Positions 47,072 to 55,700 of a stretch of 64,000 nt of DNA are shown piece by piece (the first letter of the stretch is position 1; each line of letters opens with the position of its first letter). Source of the stretch: Salinivirgaceae bacterium (GTDB taxonomy: Bacteria; Bacteroidota; Bacteroidia; Bacteroidales; SZUA-534); the NCBI GenBank assembly GCA_041664345.1, contig JBAYKX010000019.1, positions 13,033 to 77,032 on the forward strand. The letters run 5' to 3'. The notes under the pieces were generated by a model. It did not search any database, was not told where the DNA came from, and saw only the letters and a program-made list of their open reading frames with translations. The position numbers were made by a program, and so were the translations under genes.

Positions 47072-48340
47072 TTAATTCAATTCCTTGGTAATGGCAATGG
47101 CAGCAATGGTTCCATCGGCAACAGCCGTGGTAATTTGTCGGTATTTTTTGCTAATAACATCGCCAACCGCATACACTCCCGGAATACTGGTTTGCATATC
47201 CTCGTTGGTTTTTATGTATCCCCACTGATCGAGCGTTAATTTGTTACGGAACATATCAATGTTTGGCTTCATTCCAATAAAAACGAAAACGCCGTCGCTA
47301 ACCAATTTGGATACCTTTTTCGTAGTAAGATCTTCCACTTCGGTAATTATCTTATCGCCTTCGCGAACAAACGAGCGCGGTTCATGCTTAAACAGGGTGC
47401 TTATTTTTTTATTGGCAAAAAGCTTTTCCTGCGCTTGTTTGTTGGCCGTAAAGGTTTCAAACTGGTGAACCATGGTAATTTTACCGGCAAACTTGCTTAT
47501 AAAATCGGCTTCTTCAACGGCAGAGTTTCCACCGCCAATAACCACCACATCCTTGTCGCCATAGTATTTGGCATCGCAGGTAGCACAGTACGAAATGCCC
47601 TTACCTTTCAGCTCCCGCTCACCAGGAACTCCCATCAAATTGGGCGATGTTCCGGTTGCAATGATTATTTTATTTGCCTTCACCGTTTCAAATTCATCAA
47701 TTACCACTTCCTTTTTTTCGAGGTCACTGGTGGTAACATCAACGGCCACTTTATAAATGGTACCGCACAGTTTGGTTTGTTCCGACATATTGTGCGACAA
47801 CATATAACCCGGCTGTGGATCGATAAAACCCGGATAGTTGGAAACCTCGTGGGTAGTTGATACATTACCTCCCGGAAGGGCAATATCAATAAGAACCGTG
47901 TTCACTTTGGCCTGGCACAAATATAACCCTGCAGTTAATCCACCGGGGCCTGCACCCAGAATCAGTACATCAAATTCCGAAACTGTTGGTTTAATAATTG
48001 ATTTTATTTCTTTTACTCTGGCAGCGGGCAATATGCTATCCAGTTGATGGATGATATCGCTCCTTTTTATTCCACCCGACAAAGAATGCTCTGATTGCAC
48101 TCCATTGTCAAAAAACAGCAAGGTTGGCGATGATTTGACGCCTAATTTCTCCGACAACTCCTTATTTTGTTGGCGGAACATTTTCACAAATTTAATGTCG
48201 TTGCCATATAAGTTGGCTAAGCCCTCAAACTTGGGTGCTAATGCCTCACAGGGAGGACATTCGGTGGAATAAAAATCGAGTACTACTTTGCTCCCGCCCA
48301 GTACTTCTTTTTCAAATTCTGCTGATGTTATTTCTTTCAT
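47072..48340 (-). CDS. Thioredoxin domain fused to thioredoxin-disulfide reductase
   Basis: It has the N-terminal CPPC thioredoxin fold, then the TrxR motifs GAGPGG, CATCD and GGGNSAVEEA. Confidence 0.85.
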   Translation of the reverse strand: MKEITSAEFEKEVLGGSKVVLDFYSTECPPCEALAPKFEGLANLYGNDIKFVKMFRQQNKELSEKLGVKSSPTLLFFDNGVQSEHSLSGGIKRSDIIHQLDSILPAARVKEIKSIIKPTVSEFDVLILGAGPGGLTAGLYLCQAKVNTVLIDIALPGGNVSTTHEVSNYPGFIDPQPGYMLSHNMSEQTKLCGTIYKVAVDVTTSDLEKKEVVIDEFETVKANKIIIATGTSPNLMGVPGERELKGKGISYCATCDAKYYGDKDVVVIGGGNSAVEEADFISKFAGKITMVHQFETFTANKQAQEKLFANKKISTLFKHEPRSFVREGDKIITEVEDLTTKKVSKLVSDGVFVFIGMKPNIDMFRNKLTLDQWGYIKTNEDMQTSIPGVYAVGDVISKKYRQITTAVADGTIAAIAITKELN

Positions 48341-48351
48341 AATATATAGTA

Positions 48352-48903
48352 TTAATTTTTTAATGCTTCAATTGGGTTGTGATTGTGGACCCGATCTTTA
48401 ACCAATAAGGTTGTGGTATAGGACTCGATATTCTTAGTAAAAATAATATCGTGCCCTAAACAAAGCCCCATGGTAATGGTTAAATCAACGGTTTCGCTGT
48501 TTATTTGTGCAGCTTGGGCCAACGGGTTGCAGGATACTGATTTTATGGTACTGTTGCTATTTACCTCAGATTGTTTAAAACCACCGGTAGTGCAGGAAAC
48601 AGGAATGGTTTTAAATCCCGATTCCCTCAATATTTGGGCAATCATTGAGGCGTCTATTTCCATTCCGTAACAGTAAGCCAATCCAAGGCGCTTAAAATTC
48701 ATCTCTTTTGAGAATTCAATTATTTCCTGCAATCGCGATAAAGTGCCAGCTCGTCCATGGTCAACAAGGGCTGCCGCAGCCTGTATTATTTTTTGATTGT
48801 CGGGCAAATGATAGGTTTCCATCAATGCTTTCACATCAAATTTTTGAGCAGTACATGGTTCCGTAGCCCGGCAACTCTTTTTATTACATTGAGTACAATC
48901 CAT
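48352..48903 (-). CDS. DUF1847-like Cys-rich metal-binding protein
   Basis: It has the N-terminal C-x2-C-x4-C-x5-C cluster (MDCTQCNKKSCRATEPC). The overall pattern recalls DUF1847. This assignment is from memory only. Confidence 0.45.
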   Translation of the reverse strand: MDCTQCNKKSCRATEPCTAQKFDVKALMETYHLPDNQKIIQAAAALVDHGRAGTLSRLQEIIEFSKEMNFKRLGLAYCYGMEIDASMIAQILRESGFKTIPVSCTTGGFKQSEVNSNSTIKSVSCNPLAQAAQINSETVDLTITMGLCLGHDIIFTKNIESYTTTLLVKDRVHNHNPIEALKN

Positions 48904-48906
48904 TTT

Positions 48907-50232
48907 TTAAGATTCAAGGTACGATGCAAATCCCAGTTCCAACAATTCTTTAACGGGGCGGCAGTCGGTGGAGTAAACACTGCCTGTCCTATTTTTTGCT
49001 ACCGATCCGCAACCACCACCACAAGCCAATTGTACGCTACAGGTACGGCATTCCTTAATTGCAGTAACATCGCGGTTTTCCCATTCGTTTATTAATTCCT
49101 CTTTACGCGAAACGCTAGGGTAGAAGGTACCCAACGATTCATCGGCCTTGCCTACAGTTGCCGTGCAGGAATAAATATATCCGGTGTAGTCGAAAGCCCA
49201 TTCAGTTTTGCAAGCCGGGCATGCATCAAACAAAGGATCTGGCAGGTTGCCATTTTCAGAAAGAAACTTTGAAATGGAATAAGCCGGTTTATAAAACTCA
49301 ACAATATGTGGATTTTGTTTTATCAATTCGTACATACTTTCATAAAGCGAAACCCGGCTAAAAAGTTTATCGAGAGCCGATTGACAATGGTGCAATTCGT
49401 AATTACGTCCGATTTGTGTTTTGAAATAGTAGCTTTTAGTCCAACCTTTGTCAATAGCGAATCGGGCCAGTTCCGGCAAATTGCTCATGTTTTCTTTGTC
49501 AACCACCATTCGTAAGTTTACCGTAAGTTTGTTGGCAATGCAGGCATCAATACCTTCAACAATTTTGTCAAAGGTTCCAGCACCACCTTTCAGTATTCGG
49601 CGGTTGTTGTGAATGGCAGCTGTTCCATCCAAGGTTATCTGAATTTCGCGGATGGAGGCTTGTTTCAAAACATCAATATATTCTACCAAGGTATAGCCAT
49701 TGGTAACAAAGCACACTTCCAATTTGGCTGCGTTTGCTTTCTCAATAAGATAGGAAATAACTTCTTTTTGCTTTGGTGAATTCAATAAAGGCTCTCCACC
49801 AAAAACGGTAATGTATTTTTTCCGGCCAGCAAATTCGGTCTGGATGTAGGTATAAAATGCGTCAACAATTTCTTTAGTCAACTGACCGGTTGTAGGGGCA
49901 TATTCATCTTGGTAGCAATACGAACAGGCAAAATTGCAACTGTAGTTTGGCACAAAAAAAAGTTGAATTTCATCCTCATCGCGGTCATCAATAAAATCGA
50001 GGTATTTACTTTGATACTGTTTTTTCTCTTCTTTTTCATCCACCCAATACCCTTTATCAGTCAGTTCGTTTAAAAAAGGGGAATCGGAAGTAGCCTTATT
50101 GTTTTTTACATGCATCATTTTTTCAGCATCGGCAGGACTTAAAATATCCGCATTCCCTGATAAGAGGTTGACAATAAAGTAATTTTCGGAATCCTTTATT
50201 TTTGAAAATATGTTGTGTTTGGAGTAAATCAT
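48907..50232 (-). CDS. Radical SAM / SPASM-domain enzyme with about 95-aa N-terminal extension (peptide-maturase-like)
   Basis: It has CNFACSYC (CX3CX2C) at about residue 100. The C-terminal Cys pattern is CPAC...GYIYSC...CRTCSVQLACGGGC...C, a full SPASM seven-Cys layout. Confidence 0.85.
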   Translation of the reverse strand: MIYSKHNIFSKIKDSENYFIVNLLSGNADILSPADAEKMMHVKNNKATSDSPFLNELTDKGYWVDEKEEKKQYQSKYLDFIDDRDEDEIQLFFVPNYSCNFACSYCYQDEYAPTTGQLTKEIVDAFYTYIQTEFAGRKKYITVFGGEPLLNSPKQKEVISYLIEKANAAKLEVCFVTNGYTLVEYIDVLKQASIREIQITLDGTAAIHNNRRILKGGAGTFDKIVEGIDACIANKLTVNLRMVVDKENMSNLPELARFAIDKGWTKSYYFKTQIGRNYELHHCQSALDKLFSRVSLYESMYELIKQNPHIVEFYKPAYSISKFLSENGNLPDPLFDACPACKTEWAFDYTGYIYSCTATVGKADESLGTFYPSVSRKEELINEWENRDVTAIKECRTCSVQLACGGGCGSVAKNRTGSVYSTDCRPVKELLELGFASYLES

Positions 50233-50455
50233 TTTTTTTTAGAATAATAAATTAATACCTAAGTTGAGCGGTTGGAGCATAGCGAACAAGCGCTTTACTT
50301 AGGTAAACCCCGATTTAGGAAATGTTGCGTTTCACCGAATGGGTGAGGTGAAGAGTTTACATTTACTTAATCGATTGAGCCAAATCGCTCAATTTGGGTA
50401 ATAACCAGGAACTTAGCAGCAAATACTATTGCTGCTAACTCCCAGTTTCATTCAA

Positions 50456-50554
50456 TTAATCGTGGCAACCAACAACGTTTTTCGATGTTTTGGCACAGCA
50501 TTGTGCCACTTTTGCCTCAACTTCAACTTTCTTTTTTCTGATTAAACTTGTCAT
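50456..50554 (-). CDS. Unannotated 32-aa ORF, candidate precursor peptide (MTSLIRKKKVEVEAKVAQCCAKTSKNVVGCHD)
   Basis: I translated this by hand from the minus strand. It has an ATG with an A-rich upstream context, 19 nt after the thioredoxin stop, and is on the same strand as and upstream of the rSAM/SPASM gene. Three Cys fall in the last 14 residues. It is below the track's size cut-off. Confidence 0.45.
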   Translation of the reverse strand: MTSLIRKKKVEVEAKVAQCCAKTSKNVVGCHD

Positions 50555-50573
50555 TTTTACTTGATTTATGGTA

Positions 50574-51035
50574 TTACTTAACTAATAAAACTTCGTTAAC
50601 GGCTTTCACTAAGGTTTCTTTAGGTAAAGCACCCATCGAAACTTGAGGTTTGCCTTTTGCAGGAATAAATAATAGGGTTGGCAAACTGGTAATGCCTAAG
50701 GTTTGTGACAATACTTTTTCTACATCGGTATTTACTTTGTAAATAATAATTTTTCCGGCATCTTCTTTAGCAATTTCCTCCAATCGGGGCGATAATTGTC
50801 GGCAAGGGCCACACCAATCGGCATAAAAGTCAATAATTGCAGGAAGCTCGCCTTCATATTTCCATTCTTTATTTTTTTCATAGTTGAAAACAACTGACTT
50901 GAATGTTTCATTGGTTAATGTTATAACCATGCCCGATTTAGCATTGTTGCTTTCTGCTTTAACTGGATTGCCTGCTTGGCTTGAACTAGTTAATAAAATA
51001 ATGCCAAGTAAAGTTACAATAAAAAATGTTTTCAT
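50574..51035 (-). CDS. Exported thioredoxin
   Basis: It has a signal peptide and the WCGPC active site. Confidence 0.9.
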   Translation of the reverse strand: MKTFFIVTLLGIILLTSSSQAGNPVKAESNNAKSGMVITLTNETFKSVVFNYEKNKEWKYEGELPAIIDFYADWCGPCRQLSPRLEEIAKEDAGKIIIYKVNTDVEKVLSQTLGITSLPTLLFIPAKGKPQVSMGALPKETLVKAVNEVLLVK

Positions 51036-51068
51036 GATATATAATTTATTGATATTTATGTATTTAGT

Positions 51069-51719
51069 TTAGTTTCCACAACCACATTTTCCTGAAGGTT
51101 TCTTAGCGGCTATAGTCCAACTGGCTACTTTTATTTTGCCTTTATCGTAATGTGCTGATTCTTCAATAATGGTTACCGATGAAAATCCGGCCAATTCGAG
51201 TTGTTTTAAGTATTCTTCGCGGGTAACAGAGCCAGCCCAGCATTCAGCAATGGCTACTGGGTCATTTTTAAATTCAGCAGGCACGGGAGCGGTTGAATAA
51301 ATGTCGCTTACTACAAACCGTCCACCCTTTTTTAAGATGCGGTATATTTCGTTCCAAACCGCTTGTTTATCGGCAGCATGGTTTATGGTACAATTTGAGA
51401 TTACTAAATCGGCAGTAACATCAGGCAATTCCAGTTTTTCGAGTTCACTCTTTACAAAACTAACGTTGGTAACGTTGAATTTCTCTGCATTCTTGCGTGC
51501 TTTTTCCAACATTCCATCGGAAATGTCAATACCATAAACAAACCCTGTTTCACCAACCGATTCAGCCATGCGCATCACATCGGTACCACGGCCACTGCCC
51601 AAATCAACGCAAACTTCTCCTGTCAATGGTTCGGCATAATTAATAGCCCCTCCGCAGGAAAGGCAGCAGGTAGATTCAGCCAGAACACTGTACCTGTTAT
51701 TGATTTCTATTAAACTCAT
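51069..51719 (-). CDS. ArsM-like SAM-dependent methyltransferase (arsenite/metalloid methyltransferase family)
   Basis: It has an N-terminal vicinal Cys (STCCLSCGG), motif I VDLGSGRGTD, ISNCTINH, ECWAGS and a C-terminal CGCG tail. Confidence 0.7.
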   Translation of the reverse strand: MSLIEINNRYSVLAESTCCLSCGGAINYAEPLTGEVCVDLGSGRGTDVMRMAESVGETGFVYGIDISDGMLEKARKNAEKFNVTNVSFVKSELEKLELPDVTADLVISNCTINHAADKQAVWNEIYRILKKGGRFVVSDIYSTAPVPAEFKNDPVAIAECWAGSVTREEYLKQLELAGFSSVTIIEESAHYDKGKIKVASWTIAAKKPSGKCGCGN

Positions 51720-51756
51720 ATAATTTTATATTTTTTAATTCAACATCAAAAGCCCA

Positions 51757-51939
51757 GGGAAATCGCTTTTAAGAATTTCAAAATTGAATTCCCATTTTCG
51801 GCGCATGGATTCCGCATGTTTTCAATTAAACAATAGTGCTTGCGCCGATTTTATGCCTAAAATTCCTAATCCCCGAGTTGAAACTCGGGGCTATTCATAT
51901 TAAATCCCTCCGGGATTTTTGAAAAGCGATTTCCTTTAA
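51757..51939. repeat. Structured, inverted-repeat-bounded ~185-nt element, copy 1 (MITE-like)
   Basis: Its termini are ggaaatcgctttt / aaaagcgatttcc. Internal hairpins are cggcgca...tgcgccg, ccccgag-ttgaaa-ctcgggg and aatccc-tcc-gggatt. It is flanked by the 10-nt direct repeat caaaagccca (51747..51756 and 51940..51949). Confidence 0.75.
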
Positions 51940-51953
51940 CAAAAGCCCAAAAA

Positions 51954-52223
51954 TCAGCACTTACTGGTGCTGCATGGGCTATTAACCACAAAATAACCCA
52001 AAAACCCGCCCATAATGGTACTCATATACGGATTGCTGGTAATGCCACAACTACCGGATGCACATCCTACAAAGTGATAATATAAAAAACCGGCGGTTCC
52101 ACCAATAACTACTGCAATGGCCGGTTTCCAAAAATACCACGACTTAAAAAATTCTTTTACTGTTTTGGGTTTTGCTACACAACTATTCTCCATAATGTTT
52201 TTATGTATTATTTTTCGATACAA
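51954..52223 (-). CDS. Small Cys-containing membrane protein (DUF6132-like)
   Basis: It has two TM helices, a CASGSCG motif and a C-terminal C...C. The likely start is MENSCVAK (about 52193). The family name is from memory only. Confidence 0.45.
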   Translation of the reverse strand: MYRKIIHKNIMENSCVAKPKTVKEFFKSWYFWKPAIAVVIGGTAGFLYYHFVGCASGSCGITSNPYMSTIMGGFLGYFVVNSPCSTSKC

Positions 52224-52291
52224 AGATAAAAAAAGTAAAATAATAAATCACTATAATGACACTTAAATCTTTTCGGTATCACTATTTTTTT

Positions 52292-52299
52292 TATCTTTG
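52292..52299 (+). promoter_or_regulatory. Candidate -7 promoter box (TATCTTTG)
   Basis: Matches TAnnTTTG, 20 nt upstream of the ATG at 52319. Confidence 0.45.
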
Positions 52300-52318
52300 C
52301 ACTCATAATTTATTGAAT

Positions 52319-52753
52319 ATGAGTGAAATTTTTTATGAAGGATTAAGCCAGGAGCAGCTCGAAGAGATGTTTCACAGCGATGAAAAGTGTTTTGAGTTTT
52401 TATCGGAACTCAAATGGGCTAATGGATTTGTTTGTAAAAAATGTGGCAATACCAATTCTTGTGCCGGAAAGGAGCCTTATTCTAGACGGTGTACCAAATG
52501 CAAATCGAAAGAAACGGCCACCAACGGCACCATTTTTCATGGCGTTAAATTCCCCATCAGTAAGGCATTCTACATTGCTTACAATGTCTGCAAAGGCAAT
52601 GAAAATATTTCATCTTACGAATTTGGCCGGCGTTTGTCGTTGCGCCAAATGACCTGTTGGAACTTTAAAACAAAAATTGAGTCGGCTCTGGGTGGTATGG
52701 AAAACCTAACGGATAAAGAACGGAATTCCATTGAGAGGATTTTAACGAGTTAA
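52319..52753 (+). CDS. Stand-alone transposase-type zinc-ribbon domain protein (IS1595 N-terminal-domain-like), no DDE domain
   Basis: The region FLSELKWANGFVCKKCGN...YSRRCTKCKSKETATNGTIFH resembles the Zn-ribbon/HTH N-terminus of IS1595 transposases. The ORF stops after about 145 aa. The track ORF begins earlier, at 52256. Confidence 0.55.
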   Translation: MSEIFYEGLSQEQLEEMFHSDEKCFEFLSELKWANGFVCKKCGNTNSCAGKEPYSRRCTKCKSKETATNGTIFHGVKFPISKAFYIAYNVCKGNENISSYEFGRRLSLRQMTCWNFKTKIESALGGMENLTDKERNSIERILTS

Positions 52754-52780
52754 TTTAAGTACTTTAAATACTCTAAGTAC

Positions 52781-55700
52781 TTAATTCCCGTTTTGCACAA
52801 ACTTTATCTCCACACGCCGGTTGGCTTTCCGTCCTTCAGGAGAATTGTTGGAAGCAACCGGCCGCAATTCGCCAAACGACTTGATTTGGATTCTTTTAGG
52901 TAAAACTCCATTATCCTGCATATATTTTTTCACTACCGATGCCCGTTCAATCGAAAGGATCAAATTCTCATCTGGGGCGCCGATATCATCGGTATGGCCT
53001 TGCACTTCAATAATGAGCTTCTCATTATTTTGCATTAAGGATACCAATCGGTTCAATTCATTTTTGGATATATCGAGCAAATAGGAGCTACCTGATTCAA
53101 AGAAAATATTGTTTAGCCGTACCGATGTTTCGGATCCCAAAGGAGTTAAGTACAAAGCAACCCACAGGGTATCGGCTGTTTGCGGAGTCACCAAATCAAT
53201 ATTCTCACTTGAGGAGAAGTAACCGTCTAACTCAGCAGTTAGACTATAATTCAGGTCGGTTGGAATTGTAAATGCAAATTGACCCTTTTTATCCGAATAT
53301 AGTTTTTTAACAAGGTTGCCTGAGTTTAATTCGGTACAGATTACCTGAGATTCCATGGCCTTTTGAGTCGTGGTGTGGATTGTTTTTCCAGCTAATACCA
53401 TTTCCCTTTTTGCGTTGCCAGTACCCATAAGTGCTGTAGCCAAAATGGGTTCGTTTTTATCGATGGTAAGAAAAAGATTCGAGGTAACCCGTCCGCGCTG
53501 TTCTGCATTGAATTCCGCTGAAATCCAAAGGGTATCGGCAGGGTTTAGTTGGGCCGGTATTTTTTTGTCCAATATTTTGAAAGCATTGTTTGTATTTGGT
53601 TTCATCCGTAAAGAGCTAATGGATAGCGGTACGTTGCCTTTATTGCAAAGCACCGGAAATAAAGTATCGGTCGTTGAACCAATAGCTATGGGTTTAAATT
53701 CCAATTCAGGGGTTAGTAACTCATAGTTCCGTTCCAAACTAAAGCCCAGCAATTTTGTGGTTAACCGATGTTGCCACGAGGTTACGGTCAGTTCCCCTTC
53801 CAAGGAGCCGCTTTGTTTCGGACTAAAACGGACCTCAACCGGGCAGTTTCCGTTGGGAGGTAATTCAAAAGTACCGGAGCTTGAGACCAAACTAAAATTG
53901 GGATTGGCATCGGAAATAAAAACCGAATCGATGACCACCGGGAACGGGTTCGGATTTTGGATGGTATGGTCAAATACTTTTTCCTTGGAAGTTCCCATGA
54001 ATTGGGCTGTAAATTCCAACAACTCTTTTACTACAGGTTTTGGCGACACAATTTGAAAATAGGGGGTGGTATCGGAATCGAAATAATTGATAATCGGCCA
54101 AATGGCTACTACATTTGCAGTAGTAACGACAATTGACTTTTCATTGGGAGCCACATCCATGCTCTTAACCAGTCCGGTTTGGCAATATGCCCTGACTTCC
54201 ACTTGCTTGGTTTCAAAATTGAGTATCTGTAAGGAATCGGAGGTAAGCAAGACCATTTTGTTGGATTCCGGGAAGAACCGGAATTGTTGGAGTTGAGGCA
54301 TCTCCCATTTCAAAACGGTGGAACTATCGGTAAAATGGTGGATGTAAAGTGAATCGTTCCGGTTGAATGCAATAAATGTACCCTTTGGGCTTATGGTATA
54401 AGGCAGGAACTGGGGAAGCGTATAGAAATGTTTTCCGCTTTCCACATCATGAAACCGGTGATTTACCAATTTGGTTGTAATAATTACATTTCCCGATTTG
54501 GAAAACTGGACAAAATGCTGATTCATTAATATCGTTGGAGGCTTTATGGTATTGAGTCGGTACCATTCCGTCCGGGTTTCATAGTTAACTGCGAGTATAT
54601 TTTTTGTGGCATGCAAAACAGCGGTCTCAAAACCGGGCTCCAGTTCCACAGTGTACCATCTTTTGTAAGGTGTTATTCCATAAACATTCAACGATTCCTT
54701 TTTCCGGGTTACCAAATAGGTACCATTTGGCGAAAAAGATGCATCCAGGTTACTGCCGCCAGGAAAGTCGGAAATGCTCATGTTTAGCGACGGATCCCAC
54801 AGGTTGCTGGAATAGATAACCGATGACGTGTAAAACTCCTGGTCGCCAATAAAAACGAACGACGACAACGTCCGCTTATCCACCAAGGAAATGTCTTTAA
54901 TAAACATTCCGTTCCGGTTAGTAAACAGGCTGATGTTATTTTTCGATACATTCACCACCCGGTTATATTTATCCATAAAAGCGGCTTGACCAACCAAATG
55001 CTTCTCAAATACATTGTTTAGTTTCCCGGTAGCGGCATCCCATGTTTTTATGGCTCCTTGTTCCGTTTGAGTTAACAGTTCCGTACCATCGGAATTGAAT
55101 ACGGCATTTTTGAATACCGAACCATCCACCAGGGTTATGGGTAAATTCATGATGTTCGCCAGCGTAAGGTTGTTGGTGACCTGTCCCATCAACCTTATGG
55201 AATCGTTCAATGGGGGAGCTTCCCAGGTTTGTTGATAGTGGGAGCCCGAAGTGGCCTTCACCCAATGAGGCTGTCCTTTTGGTTGATAATAAAAATCGAC
55301 GGAAGTACTTTTGTTGATCCCTTTCCAGGTGATGGGAATGGAGGATTTGCGGGGAAAAACCTCACTTCCCATTGGTGCGGTGATGACCAGTTTCTTAGCC
55401 CCTTGGGTGGAGGCTTCCAACGTTTTATCGGGGCAACCCGGTTGACTGAAGGTGTAAGTAGCCAGGGTATAAATGCTGTCGCGAGGGGTAAAGGTGAGGT
55501 TTACTGCAGCCCATTGGTTGGGTGGAACGCTAAGCGGAAACCGAATCTTTTCGAATCCAAACAACGAATCGTTGGTATGGGTGATGCCCGATAAATTCAA
55601 CCCGATGTTGTTGCCACGCATCAAAACCGGTTTCCATTGGGTTACATTTGGGTTGCCTGCTGCGAAACTCACCATTTCGGACGAGAGTTCCAACGTTCCC

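Noticed and set aside
48907-50232. The rSAM gene as ArsS (arsenosugar radical SAM), given the nearby ArsM-like gene.
   Set aside because: As I recall them, ArsS-type enzymes are shorter and lack a SPASM domain. This protein has the full seven-Cys SPASM pattern and an N-terminal extension. An anaerobic sulfatase maturase identity is also disfavoured, because there is no sulfatase nearby and the rSAM motif starts at about residue 100. That identity remains the main alternative to test.
44149-52223. Selenocysteine (in-frame TGA) recoding in the redox island, considered because selU is present.
   Set aside because: All redox-active motifs are encoded with Cys codons (CPPC, CATC, WCGPC, WCGWC). 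No gene appears split at a TGA with continuing homology. No SECIS-like context was evident.
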